Shown here: positions 1 through 10,450 of the stretch, piece after piece
Position numbering within the stretch: position 1 is the first letter of the stretch
Layout: each line of letters starts with the position of its first letter
Origin: Elusimicrobiota bacterium
Lineage (GTDB): Bacteria; Elusimicrobiota; Elusimicrobia; UBA1565
Direction: 5' to 3'
Assembly: GCA_043819795.1 (NCBI GenBank)
Contig: JBDREN010000033.1
Location: 1-28,491, forward strand
Length of the DNA: 28,491 nt
Made by a program: the position numbers and the translations under genes
The notes under the pieces: model-generated
The model's input: the letters and a program-made list of their open reading frames with translations, nothing else
Told to the model about the DNA's origin: nothing
Database searches by the model: none

Positions 1-1
1 G

Positions 2-415
2 GCGGACCCGCCCGCCAAGGATCGCAAGCGCATGGAGAAGGCCCTGGCGCAAGCGGACCGCCGGCACCGCTTCGTGCGCGCCTCCCGGGGGGAGCACAAC
101 ATCTATCTCGCATCCGATATCCTGCGCCGCGAGGACGCGGCGCTTTCGCGGATCGGCGAACAGCTCAAGGCGGAGCTCGAGGACCTATCCTCACAGCCGC
201 TCTTGTCAGGCACCTACTGCGCGACGCTGTGCCATCCCAAAGTGGGCGTCAAAGTCCCGGCAAAGACGGTCAGGACGGGCGGGAAGCTCATGCCCCACAA
301 GACCCACGCGGAGATGATGGGCTGCGTGCGGTGCCATGAGATCGGGGCGCACAAGAAAGTCTTCCTGCGCAAAGGCGTGCGCCAGGAGGTCTGCGCGCCC
401 TGCCATGGCGAGTGA
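2..415 (+). CDS. Multiheme cytochrome c, C-terminal part (5' end outside window)
   Basis: The frame is open from base 2. It contains CATLCH (CxxxCH), CVRCH and CAPCH heme-binding motifs with PH/TH distal-His candidates; stop TGA at 413-415. Confidence 0.75.
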   Translation, partial: ADPPAKDRKRMEKALAQADRRHRFVRASRGEHNIYLASDILRREDAALSRIGEQLKAELEDLSSQPLLSGTYCATLCHPKVGVKVPAKTVRTGGKLMPHKTHAEMMGCVRCHEIGAHKKVFLRKGVRQEVCAPCHGE

Positions 416-522
416 GAACGCGCATCCCGGCCGTCGTGTCATCCCCGCGCCCATCCGCGGGCGGGTGCGGCCCATTTTCTTATTGGGCGATCCGATATAC
501 AATCGAAAATCGTTCGGATAGG

Positions 523-539
523 CTGGCATTTTTGTTGCT
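523..539 (+). promoter_or_regulatory. sigma54 (-24/-12) promoter of the tetraheme cytochrome gene
   Basis: CTGGCATTTTTGTTGCT: GG at 525-526, 10 nt, GC at 537-538. It matches TGGCAC-N5-TTGC and lies in an AT-rich intergenic stretch about 60 bp upstream of the ATG at 601. Confidence 0.8.
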
Positions 540-600
540 ATTCGGCTTGAACGGGTAGAATGATCCGTGCCGGACCCAGCGGCGAAGCCGCGGAGGAATC

Positions 601-1074
601 ATGAAACATGCCATTCTGACCTTGCTGGCCATGGCCGTTGCGACGCTCTTCGCCGCCACCCTCTCCTCGCAGGAGAAGGCCGGCGGGGCGGCCTATATCG
701 GGGAGAAGAAGTGCAAGATGTGCCACATGAAGCAGCACAAGGCATGGGCGGAGTCCCTGCATTCCAAGAACTTCTCGGCTCTCATCGGCGACGAGACGAA
801 AGATCCCTCCTGCCTCAAGTGCCACACCACCGGCTTCGACAAGGGCGGCTACGACCCTGCGAAATCCGAGGAGGAAAACGCGAAGTTCCTCAACGTCCAG
901 TGCGAGTCTTGCCACGGCCCCGGCGGCGACCATTTCAAGGCGCCCATGGCCCAGAAGAAGGACACCATAACGAGGACTCCGCTGAACTGCGCCGAGTGCC
1001 ACAATCCCCACAAGAGCTTCGGGGAAGAGGCCAAGGCGAAGAGGAAAGAGAAGGGCGGCGCCGGCACGCCCTAG
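601..1074 (+). CDS. Secreted tetraheme cytochrome c (cytochrome c554-like domain)
   Basis: SD GGAGGA before the ATG; Sec signal peptide; YIGEKKCKMCH..W..S.H pattern; four motifs CKMCH, CLKCH, CESCH(GPG), CAECH. Its stop overlaps the convergent regulator stop in CTAG at 1071-1074. Confidence 0.85.
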   Translation: MKHAILTLLAMAVATLFAATLSSQEKAGGAAYIGEKKCKMCHMKQHKAWAESLHSKNFSALIGDETKDPSCLKCHTTGFDKGGYDPAKSEEENAKFLNVQCESCHGPGGDHFKAPMAQKKDTITRTPLNCAECHNPHKSFGEEAKAKRKEKGGAGTP

Positions 1075-2498
1075 CCCGTCTTCAGCCCGAACTTATCGAC
1101 GCGGCGGCGCAGGGCGTCCCGGCCGATGCCCAGCAGCTTTGCCGCGTTGACTTGGTTGCCTCCCGTGCGCTCCAAAGCCTGGCGCACGAGGCTCTTCTCC
1201 ACCGCGTCGAGCCGGATCCCTCCCTCGGGCAGGTCGAACGCGCAGGGAGCCGGCGCGGCGTCGACCCCGGCAGGGGCGCCGTGCCGGACGCCCTCGGGAA
1301 GGGCGTTGGCGGCAGGTGCGGCGTCCGCAGGCGGCCGGGCGGCCGGGCCCGATGCCGGCCGGAACTCCGTCTCCCCCAGGATCAGCATCCGCTCCAGCGC
1401 GTTGCGCAGCTCCCGCACGTTGCCCGGCCAGGGGTACCCCAGCAGGGCCTTCCCCGTCCGCTCCGATAACGCGGGCTTCGGACGTCGCATCTCGCGGCAG
1501 AGGCGATCCAGAAGGCTTTCCGCCAGCGGAAGGATGTCCTCCCGGCGCTCCCGCAAGGGAAGCAGGCGCACCGTCAGCACGTTCACTCGGTAGTACAGGT
1601 CCGGACGGAAACGGCCCTCCGCCACCGCATTCTCCAGGTCCTCGTTGGTCGCCGCGATCACGCGAACGTCCACCGAGATGTCCTCCCCTCCCCCCACCCG
1701 CTTGAACGTCTTCTCCTCCAAGACGCGCAGCATCTTGGCCTGAAGACCCAGCGGCATGTGGCCGATCTCGTTGAGAAACACCGTGCCCCCCGCCGCTATC
1801 TCGAAGAGCCCCTTCTTGCGGTGCGTCGCCCCCGTGAAGGCCCCCTTCTCGTAGCCGAAGAGCTCGCTCTCCAGCAGCGACTCCGGGATGGAGGCGCAGC
1901 CGATCTCCATGAGCGGCTGGCCGGAGCGCGGGCTCTCCCAGTGGATCGTGCGCGCGAGCCGGTCCTTGCCCGTGCCGCTCTCCCCGAGCAATAGGATGGT
2001 GCCGAAGGGAGAGGCCGCCATCTTGCGTGCCGAGACGAGCACCTCGCGCATGGCGCCGCTGGCCGCCACGAAGGAGTCGAAGCTGTAGCGCACCCGCCGG
2101 CGCCGCCGCGCCTCTTGAATGCGGCTTCTGAGGGCTTCGGTCTCCAGGACGCGATTGAGGGTGAGCTTGAGGCCCTCGAGCTGCAGCGGCTTCGGGATGT
2201 AGTCCGCTGCCCCCTCGCGGATCGCCTCGATGGCGCTGTCCATGTCCGCGAACGCCGTCATGAGGATGACCGGGATCTCGGGACGGAGGCGGCGCGCCTC
2301 CTTGAGCAGCTCGAGCCCGCTCGCTCCCTCGAGACGCAGGTCGGTCAGGATGACGTCAAGGTCTTCCTTCTCGATAAGCGCCAGGGCCTTCTCGGCGCTC
2401 TCCGCGGTGAGGGCCTTATACCCGGCGGACCCCAGGCCCTCCGAAAGCGACCACCGGATCAACTCCTCATCGTCGACGATCAGGATCTTCGCGGCCAT
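1071..2498 (-). CDS. sigma54-dependent response regulator, NtrC/AtoC family (REC-AAA+-HTH), copy 1
   Basis: Receiver (IVDDE, LTDLRL, MTAF, IPKP), Walker A GESGTGK, ESELFG..GAFTGA, FRPDLYYR, YPWPGNVRELRN and a Fis-type HTH (GNQVNAAKLLGI). Confidence 0.95.
   Translation of the reverse strand: MAAKILIVDDEELIRWSLSEGLGSAGYKALTAESAEKALALIEKEDLDVILTDLRLEGASGLELLKEARRLRPEIPVILMTAFADMDSAIEAIREGAADYIPKPLQLEGLKLTLNRVLETEALRSRIQEARRRRRVRYSFDSFVAASGAMREVLVSARKMAASPFGTILLLGESGTGKDRLARTIHWESPRSGQPLMEIGCASIPESLLESELFGYEKGAFTGATHRKKGLFEIAAGGTVFLNEIGHMPLGLQAKMLRVLEEKTFKRVGGGEDISVDVRVIAATNEDLENAVAEGRFRPDLYYRVNVLTVRLLPLRERREDILPLAESLLDRLCREMRRPKPALSERTGKALLGYPWPGNVRELRNALERMLILGETEFRPASGPAARPPADAAPAANALPEGVRHGAPAGVDAAPAPCAFDLPEGGIRLDAVEKSLVRQALERTGGNQVNAAKLLGIGRDALRRRVDKFGLKTG
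1255..1299 (-). repeat. In-frame palindromic coding repeat, copy 1 (regulator linker)
   Basis: Plus strand gcggcgtcgaccccggcaggggcgccgtgccggacgccctcggga. Near-identical to 7656-7699, 16423-16467 and 16486-16530. Confidence 0.9.
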
Positions 2499-2580
2499 GG
2501 CAGGCTCCGGCGTTAAGGACTTCGGGCAACGAACTTGCCGGACCCGGCATCAAGATCATCGTCGTTGCCGCCGCTCCAAC

Positions 2581-2596
2581 TGCGCGGAATCGCGCA
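2581..2596. promoter_or_regulatory. Candidate upstream activator site for a sigma54 activator
   Basis: Perfect palindrome TGCGCG-GAAT-CGCGCA starting 57 bp upstream of the -24 GG. Related sites lie at 10451-10466 and 10471-10486 upstream of the hemA promoter. Confidence 0.6.
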
Positions 2597-2635
2597 CCGC
2601 GGCACGAATCCCCGCGACGCAGAAGGGTCAAAGGA

Positions 2636-2652
2636 CTGGCCAATTCGTTGCT
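2636..2652 (+). promoter_or_regulatory. sigma54 promoter of the multiheme c/b cytochrome operon
   Basis: CTGGCCAATTCGTTGCT: GG 2638-2639, 10 nt, GC 2650-2651. One mismatch from the hemA promoter. Confidence 0.85.
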
Positions 2653-2734
2653 GATTTATATGATTGACAAATAGTCCAAGCCTCAAGAACGCCGGCGCGG
2701 GTCCGGCGGCGTTTCGGGAGGGATAGTCGAAGGA

Positions 2735-5539
2735 GTGAACGCTCACGAGCTCGTGAAACGGCTGCGCCCCGGGCTCTGGGCTCTTTTCGCCGCGGCCTGC
2801 GTGGCCGGCGCTCCGGACGCCGCGGCCGCCCCCGCTGACGAGGCGGGATACTGCCTGGCCTGCCACGGAATCGAGGATTTCCAGACCGAGCGCGACGGAA
2901 AACCGCGCTCCCTCTTCATCGACCGGAGCGGATTCCAGAAGACCGTCCACGCGAACATATCCTGCGTCGCCTGCCACGCGGATCTGGATGGGGCGGAGCT
3001 GCCCCACGCCGACCGGCTCGCCCCGGCGCGGTGCGGCGCCTGTCACGCCGGGCAGGAGGAAAAGTTCGCCGACAGCCTGCACGGGAAGGCCCTGGCCCGC
3101 GGCGACAAGCTGGCGCCCCGATGCTCGAGCTGTCACGGCGCTCACGACATCCTGCCCATAAAACATCCGGAATCGGCCCTCTCTCCTTTGCGCATCCCGT
3201 TCGTATGCGGGTCATGCCACAGCGAGGGAGCTCCCGCGCAGAGGCAACGCGAGATCCACCAGCACAACATACTGAAGAACTACTCCTTGAGCATCCATGG
3301 GGAGGGCCTCCTGCGCAAGGGTCTGAGCGTCAGCGCCAACTGCGCCTCCTGCCATACGGCGCATCAGATACTCCCGCACACCGACGCGCGCTCATCCATC
3401 TCCCACGGCAATATCGCGAAGACATGCACCCAGTGCCACACCCAGATCGAGACCGTCCACCGCAAGGTGATCCGGGGGGAGCTCTGGCAGACGAAACCCC
3501 ACACCATCCCCGTTTGCGTCGAATGCCACCAGCCCCACAAGGTGCGGAAGGTATTCTACGACCAGGGCATGGCGGACCGGGACTGCCTCAGCTGCCACGC
3601 GCGCGAGGGCGTCCGGAGGGCCTCGGACGGCAAGTCCCTGCGGGTCGAGGCGGCGAAGATCGGCCGGTCCGTCCACGGCAAGACCGCCTGCGCGCAGTGC
3701 CACACGGGCGCATCGCCGTCGAAACGGCGTCCGTGCGAGACCGTGACCGGAAAGGTGGACTGCTCCGTGTGCCACAGCTCCCAGGTGGAGCAGTATCGCA
3801 AGAGCACGCACGGGGGGCTTTTCGCCCGGAAGGACCCGAACGCGCCCACCTGCGTGGAATGCCACGGAGACCACGGCGTTCTCGGGAAGAAGGATCACGC
3901 GTCCCCCACCTTCCCCATCAATGTCCCGGCCCTTTGCGCCCGCTGCCACCGGGAAGGCAAGCAGGCCGCCGTCCGCTACAGGGGAGAGCAGCACGAGATA
4001 CCGAAGAACTATGTGGAGAGCATCCACGGCAAGGGGCTCTTGAAGAGCGGGCTGGTGGTCGCCGCCACGTGCACGAGCTGCCATACGTCCCATGGCGAGC
4101 TGCCGGCGAGCGACCCGGCGTCCAGCGTGCATGAAGACAACATCGCACGCACCTGTTCCGGATGCCATCACGTGGTCTATGAGAAGTACGCCGTAAGCGT
4201 CCACTCCCCCCTCGTCACCAAGACCGACAAAAAGCTCCCGCGATGCAACACCTGCCACACCGCGCACACGATCAAGCGCACGGACAAGGGGGGATTCAAG
4301 CTGGAGATCATGGACCGGTGCGGCAAGTGCCATCTCGACGTCGCCAAGACCTACTTCGACACCTATCACGGGAAGGTCTCCCAGCTCGGCTACGACAAGA
4401 CGGCGAAATGCCATGACTGCCACGGCGCGCACGCCCTCTTCTCGGTGGACGATCCCCGCTCGCGCCTGAGCCGCCGGAACATCACGGAGACCTGCCGGAA
4501 GTGCCATCCGGGCGCCACCAAGCGGTTCGCGGGATACCTGACCCACAGCACGCACCACGACCCGCACAAGTATCCGCTGATCTTTTGGACCTTCTGGCTG
4601 ATGACGAGCCTCCTGGTCGGGACTTTCACCGTGTTCGGGATCCATACGCTGCTGTGGCTGCCGCGCTCCCTGCAGATGAGGCGCGCCCATCCTCCCGAGC
4701 CCTACCAGCCGGACAAGAAGCAGGTCCAGAGGTTCACGCCGCTCAGCCGCGTCCTTCACATCTTGATGATCGTGAGCTTCATGACCTTGGCGGTCACCGG
4801 AATGACCTTGAAGTTCTCCTATACGCGCTGGGCGGCGGTCCTTTCGCACATCCTGGGCGGATTCGAGACCGCCGGCTATCTCCATCGCGCCGCCGCGCTC
4901 CTCATGCTCGGCATATTCTTCACGCACCTTTGGGACGTGCTCACGCGCAAGCGCCGGGAGTGCGGCGGCTGGAAAGCCCTCCTCATCGGGCCGGACACCA
5001 TGCTCTTCACCAAACGGGACCTGAGCGAGTTCGTCTCCACCATCAAGTGGTATCTCGGCCTGGGCACACGCCCCGATTACGGGCGATGGACCTACTGGGA
5101 GAAATTCGACTATTTCGCCGTCTTCTGGGGCATCGCCATCATCGGCTCCACCGGGCTGGCCCTGTGGTTCCCCGAGCTGATCACTCGATTCCTTCCGGGC
5201 TGGATCATCAACCTCGCCACGATCATCCATAGCGACGAGGCGCTTCTGGCGACCGGGTTCATCTTCACCATACACTTCTTCAACACCCATTTCCGGCCGG
5301 AGAAGTTCCCCATGGACATCACGGTCTTCACTGGCCGGACGTCTTTGGAGGAGCTTCAGCGCGAACGGCGCGGCGAATACGACCGGCTCGCCGCGAGCGG
5401 CGAGCTGGACCGGTCCCTGGTCGATCCGCTGCCTCCCGGGTGGATAAAGGCCGCCCGGGTATTCGGGGCGGCCGCCCTTGCCGTGGGGCTCGCCCTGGTC
5501 GCGGGGATCATCTATGCCATACTGTTCGCGTACCGGTAG
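2735..5539 (+). CDS. 19-heme cytochrome c fused to a membrane cytochrome b domain (CbcL-like quinol:cytochrome oxidoreductase)
   Basis: GTG start, signal peptide and 19 counted CxxCH motifs, followed by several TM helices with His candidates for heme b (LHILM, LHRAA..THL, IHSDEA..IHFFNTH). The WTYWEKFDYFAVFWG motif is typical of FdhC/Ni-hydrogenase cytochrome b-like domains. Confidence 0.9.
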   Translation: MNAHELVKRLRPGLWALFAAACVAGAPDAAAAPADEAGYCLACHGIEDFQTERDGKPRSLFIDRSGFQKTVHANISCVACHADLDGAELPHADRLAPARCGACHAGQEEKFADSLHGKALARGDKLAPRCSSCHGAHDILPIKHPESALSPLRIPFVCGSCHSEGAPAQRQREIHQHNILKNYSLSIHGEGLLRKGLSVSANCASCHTAHQILPHTDARSSISHGNIAKTCTQCHTQIETVHRKVIRGELWQTKPHTIPVCVECHQPHKVRKVFYDQGMADRDCLSCHAREGVRRASDGKSLRVEAAKIGRSVHGKTACAQCHTGASPSKRRPCETVTGKVDCSVCHSSQVEQYRKSTHGGLFARKDPNAPTCVECHGDHGVLGKKDHASPTFPINVPALCARCHREGKQAAVRYRGEQHEIPKNYVESIHGKGLLKSGLVVAATCTSCHTSHGELPASDPASSVHEDNIARTCSGCHHVVYEKYAVSVHSPLVTKTDKKLPRCNTCHTAHTIKRTDKGGFKLEIMDRCGKCHLDVAKTYFDTYHGKVSQLGYDKTAKCHDCHGAHALFSVDDPRSRLSRRNITETCRKCHPGATKRFAGYLTHSTHHDPHKYPLIFWTFWLMTSLLVGTFTVFGIHTLLWLPRSLQMRRAHPPEPYQPDKKQVQRFTPLSRVLHILMIVSFMTLAVTGMTLKFSYTRWAAVLSHILGGFETAGYLHRAAALLMLGIFFTHLWDVLTRKRRECGGWKALLIGPDTMLFTKRDLSEFVSTIKWYLGLGTRPDYGRWTYWEKFDYFAVFWGIAIIGSTGLALWFPELITRFLPGWIINLATIIHSDEALLATGFIFTIHFFNTHFRPEKFPMDITVFTGRTSLEELQRERRGEYDRLAASGELDRSLVDPLPPGWIKAARVFGAAALAVGLALVAGIIYAILFAYR

Positions 5540-5575
5540 CCCCGCGCGGACCGCGCCCTCGACAGGACCTGCGAG

Positions 5576-5591
5576 GGGCGGCATCTTTGCT
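5576..5591 (+). promoter_or_regulatory. Possible internal sigma54 promoter
   Basis: GG at 5577-5578, 10 nt, then GC at 5589-5590 within TTTGCT. The -24 half is a weak match (GGGCGG). Confidence 0.35.
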
Positions 5592-5615
5592 AGGATTTCG
5601 TCGGAGGAGATCGTC

Positions 5616-7457
5616 TTGTCTGGAAAAGCACTCGGAGTCGTGTTCGCGGTCGTCGTCCTCCTGCTTCCCGCGCGCTCATGGGGGCAGGAGAACGCCGACT
5701 GCATGGCCTGCCACGGCGAAGGACTCATGGGCGCCTCCCGCGTGCGCCTGCCGGCGTTCCAGGCCTCGATCCACGGCGAGAACCTATGCGTTTCCTGCCA
5801 CGCGGACGCGGCCGACCTGCCCCACGCCGAAGACCTCAAGCCCGTGGCCTGCAAGAGCTGCCACCGGATCGAGTCGCAGATCTACATGGATTCCGACCAC
5901 GGCAGGGCCGTGAGCCGCGGGCTCAGCGAGGCCGCCGCCTGCAAAGACTGCCACGGGCACAGCCACACCCTGCTCAATTCCCGGCATCCGGACTCGCCCG
6001 TGAACAGGAAGAACATCCTGGCGACCTGCGCGCGCTGCCACGCCGACCCCAAACGGATGGCGAAGTTCCCTCTATCGGAGCGGGATCCGATCGACTCCTA
6101 CGGCCACACCGTGCACGGCGAGGCCGTCGCCGCCGGGAAGTCGAACTCGGCCGTGTGCACCGACTGCCACGGTTCCCACGACCTCCATGGGGCGGCCAAC
6201 AGCGCGAGCCGGGTGTTCTGGCGCAACGTCCCGGAGACGTGCGGCCGCTGCCACGCCAACGTGCTGTCGGTATACGCCGAGAGCATCCACGGCCGCGCCT
6301 CGAAGGCCGGGATCAAGGAGTCCCCCGTCTGCACGGGCTGCCACGGCGAGCACACGATCCGCTCGCCGAAGGACCGGTCCTCCGCGGCCTGGAGCGGCGC
6401 CGTCACCAAGACCTGCTCCGGATGCCATTCCTCGGAGCGGCTGATCCGGAAATTCGGCCTTCCGGTGGACCGCCTCAAGACCTACATGGACACCTACCAC
6501 GGCCTGGCGCAGCAGCGCGGAGACCTGCACGTGGCGAACTGCGCCTCGTGCCACGGCTTTCACGATATCCTGCCCCACACGGACCCCCGCTCATCGATCC
6601 ATCGCTCGAACCTGAGCAAGACCTGCGGGAAGTGCCATCCGGGAGCGGGGGCCCAGCTCTCGCGGGGCTTCGTGCACGCGCCCCCCACCGAGAGGCACTG
6701 GACCCTGCGGGCGGCATACCTCTTCTACCTGATCGTCATCCCGCTGACGATCGGCGGGATGCTGCTCCACAACGGACTTGATTTCCTCAAGAAACTCCTC
6801 CGCGCCGGACTGCCTCCGCCCCACGGCCATTCCGGGGACGACCTGCGCATGACGGTGAACGAGCGCTTTCAGCATATCGTGCTCACCGCGGTCTTCGTCA
6901 TACTCGCCTACACGGGCTTCGCTCTGAAGTACCCGGAGGCCTGGTGGGCCGCTCCCATGGCCCTGGCCGCGGAGCACACGAGGCGCGCCGCGCACCGCTG
7001 GAGCGCGCTCGTCTTCTGCCTGCTCGGGGTCTACCACGCGGCCTACATGGTCCTGACCCGGCGGGGAAGGCGCGTCCTCGGCGGCCTTATGCCGCGTCCG
7101 CGGGACATCGGGGACACGCTCCGCCTGACGGCCTACAACGCCGGACTGCGCCGGTCGGCCCCGCGCCTGTCGACGCCCTACAACTATATAGAGAAGTCGG
7201 AATACTGGGCGCTGGCGTGGGGCTCGGTGGTGATGGTCGTGTCCGGCGGGATCCTGGTGTTCCCGGACCTCACTCTGAAGCACTTCCCCATGTGGTTCCC
7301 GGAGCTGGCCACGATGGTCCATTTCTACGAGGCCGTCCTGGCCTGCCTGGCCATCGCCGTCTGGCACCTGTATTGGGTGGTGTTCGATCCGTCCGTGTAC
7401 CCGATGAACTGGAGCTGGATCACCGGCCACGTGAAGCGGCTGCACGGCAAGCGCTGA
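5616..7457 (+). CDS. 11-heme cytochrome c fused to a membrane cytochrome b domain (second CbcL-like paralog)
   Basis: SD GGAGGAG at 5603-5609, then in-frame TTG at 5616 and a signal peptide (..ARSWG/QE). It has 11 CxxCH and a TM domain with QHIVL, AHRW..YH, YNYIEKSEYWALAWG and VHFYEA..WHLY. Confidence 0.9.
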   Translation: MSGKALGVVFAVVVLLLPARSWGQENADCMACHGEGLMGASRVRLPAFQASIHGENLCVSCHADAADLPHAEDLKPVACKSCHRIESQIYMDSDHGRAVSRGLSEAAACKDCHGHSHTLLNSRHPDSPVNRKNILATCARCHADPKRMAKFPLSERDPIDSYGHTVHGEAVAAGKSNSAVCTDCHGSHDLHGAANSASRVFWRNVPETCGRCHANVLSVYAESIHGRASKAGIKESPVCTGCHGEHTIRSPKDRSSAAWSGAVTKTCSGCHSSERLIRKFGLPVDRLKTYMDTYHGLAQQRGDLHVANCASCHGFHDILPHTDPRSSIHRSNLSKTCGKCHPGAGAQLSRGFVHAPPTERHWTLRAAYLFYLIVIPLTIGGMLLHNGLDFLKKLLRAGLPPPHGHSGDDLRMTVNERFQHIVLTAVFVILAYTGFALKYPEAWWAAPMALAAEHTRRAAHRWSALVFCLLGVYHAAYMVLTRRGRRVLGGLMPRPRDIGDTLRLTAYNAGLRRSAPRLSTPYNYIEKSEYWALAWGSVVMVVSGGILVFPDLTLKHFPMWFPELATMVHFYEAVLACLAIAVWHLYWVVFDPSVYPMNWSWITGHVKRLHGKR

Positions 7458-7476
7458 GCCGCGGGCTGGCCCGCGG

Positions 7477-7478
<2 letters not shown>
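7457..7478. terminator. Hairpin between convergent genes (probable bidirectional terminator)
   Basis: Perfect 10-bp inverted repeat AGCCGCGGGC-TG-GCCCGCGGCT between the two stop codons; no U tract. Confidence 0.55.
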
Positions 7479-8898
<1,420 letters not shown>

Positions 8899-8913
8899 GG
8901 CCGCCGGCCGGCG

Positions 8914-10362
8914 TCAGCCGGTCTCCTCGAGTCCGGACGGCAGGCGCAAAAAGACGGAGGCGCCGCCGCCGGGAGCGTTCTCGATCCATACCTCTCCGCC
9001 GTAGGCCTGCACGATCTGCTTGACCACCGGAAGCCCCAACCCGCTGCCGCCCTTGCGGGTCGTGAAGAAGGGGCGGAAGATGTTGTCGAGATCATCGGCG
9101 GGCACGCCGGGGCCGCTGTCGCGGACCTGCGCCAGGATCGTCCCCGGACTCTCGGCCTCCGCCGAGACGGTCAGCTCTCCGCCCGACGGCATCGCCTGCG
9201 CGGCGTTCAGCAGGAGGTTCAAGAGCACCTGCTGCATCTGCTCGGGATTCGCCTTCACCCGTGGCAGGTCCTCCGGGACGCGCTCGACGAGCCTGATGCT
9301 CTGCGACCGCAGGCGGGACTCGATGAGGAACAAGACCCGGTCCAGCGCCGCCCGGAGACTGAAGGGACGGACTTCGGTCTTCGGCACTCGGGAGTACTCG
9401 AGGAAGTTGGCCATCGTCCTGTTCATCCGGGCGAGCTGATCGAGAATCTGGATGAGCACGGCGCGCCGCGGGTCCCCCTCCGGATGGTCCCGGAGCAGGA
9501 CCTGGATCGCCGAGCCGATCCCAGTCAAAGGGTTTCGCACCTCGTGGGCGAGGTGGGCGGTCAGCTCTCCCAAGGACGCCAGGCGGTCCATGTGCGCCAC
9601 CTGGCGCCGGTGGAGCCCCACGATCTCCTGCCGATCCTTCTGCAGAGTGCCGACCATGGAGTTGAAGCCCCGGGCGATGGTGCCGAACTCCCCCGTGAGC
9701 GGGGTGTCGATCCGGGTCTCGAGGCGGCCGCGGCCGACCTCCTCCATCGCGTCGGCGATGCGCCGCATGGGGCGATGCACCAAGCGGCGGACGAGGAACA
9801 AAGACGACGCCCCGAAAAGAAACACTCCTCCGAAGAACATGGAGAGGGCGTACCGGGAGTGCGCGCGCAGGCCCCGCGCCGTGCGGTCCAACGGCGAGAT
9901 GAGGCGTATGTAGCCCAGGAGCGGCTTATCGCGTTCGTGGCACCGGGCGCAGCTCGGCTTGAAGGGCAGCGGAAACTTCATCGTGAGCCACTTATCGCGG
10001 TCCAGCGGAGGCAGGTCGCTCCTGCGCACCTCCTCCCCCGTGCGGAAATCCGCCGTGTTCACGGCCCTCCCGTCCGCGTCCAGAAGCTGGGCGTAGCTCA
10101 CCGCCGGGCCCTTGCGCAGCGACTCGAAGACCTCGTCGATATGCTCCCGGGACTCCCGGAGCATGGCGTTCTCCACGGCGTCGGCCAGCAGCGGCGACAG
10201 GGAGCCGAGCGTATCCCGCTCCAGGGCCGTCAGCTGCAGGTACGTGGTCCGGAGGTCGTAGGCGATGTACGCGGAGAAGATCGCCCCGATGCAGGCGAAG
10301 GTGGTGGAGAAGAGCTTCACCCCAAGAGGCAAAGCCGCCCATCGTTCTCCCAGGCCCTTCAT
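8914..10362 (-). CDS. Membrane sensor histidine kinase with a periplasmic CxxCH (TM-sensor-TM-HAMP-HisKA-HATPase)
   Basis: Likely start is the ATG at 10362 after GGGGGAC. It has two TM segments, CARCH just before TM2, HAMP (GEFGTIARGFNSM), H-box LAHEVRNPL, N-box NLLLNA, DSGPG, and FFTT..GSGLGL. Confidence 0.9.
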   Translation of the reverse strand: MKGLGERWAALPLGVKLFSTTFACIGAIFSAYIAYDLRTTYLQLTALERDTLGSLSPLLADAVENAMLRESREHIDEVFESLRKGPAVSYAQLLDADGRAVNTADFRTGEEVRRSDLPPLDRDKWLTMKFPLPFKPSCARCHERDKPLLGYIRLISPLDRTARGLRAHSRYALSMFFGGVFLFGASSLFLVRRLVHRPMRRIADAMEEVGRGRLETRIDTPLTGEFGTIARGFNSMVGTLQKDRQEIVGLHRRQVAHMDRLASLGELTAHLAHEVRNPLTGIGSAIQVLLRDHPEGDPRRAVLIQILDQLARMNRTMANFLEYSRVPKTEVRPFSLRAALDRVLFLIESRLRSQSIRLVERVPEDLPRVKANPEQMQQVLLNLLLNAAQAMPSGGELTVSAEAESPGTILAQVRDSGPGVPADDLDNIFRPFFTTRKGGSGLGLPVVKQIVQAYGGEVWIENAPGGGASVFLRLPSGLEETG

Positions 10363-10450
10363 GTCCCCCGTAAGCGCCCCTCCTGCGACCGTCGCCAAGG
10401 TCGGTCTATGATACATATGGTCTTCGGCCGCGGCAAGGATAAACCAGCGA

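Noticed and set aside
2499..2570. Possible remnant of the kinase 3' end upstream of regulator copy 1 (TAACGCCGG vs TGACGCCGG; a DDLD-encoding patch)
   Set aside because: The matches are too short to distinguish from chance in GC-rich DNA, although they fit the duplication model.
2664..2714. TTGACA and a 7-bp hairpin in the leader of the 19-heme gene
   Set aside because: No -10 element at suitable spacing, and the hairpin is short with only three following T residues, so it is not called as a promoter or terminator.
5478..5615. Upstream start for the 11-heme gene, and likewise the long 5' extensions of ORFs at 23006, 23317, 24723 and 21594
   Set aside because: They overlap neighbouring genes; SD sequences, signal peptides or stop/start coupling support the downstream starts used here.
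3392..5854. 820-aa minus-strand ORF, and similar shadows at 13004-14788, 21492-23234, 19571-20974 and 17835-18989
   Set aside because: They overlap well-supported genes on the opposite strand or in another frame and have Arg/Gly/Ala-rich non-protein-like composition.
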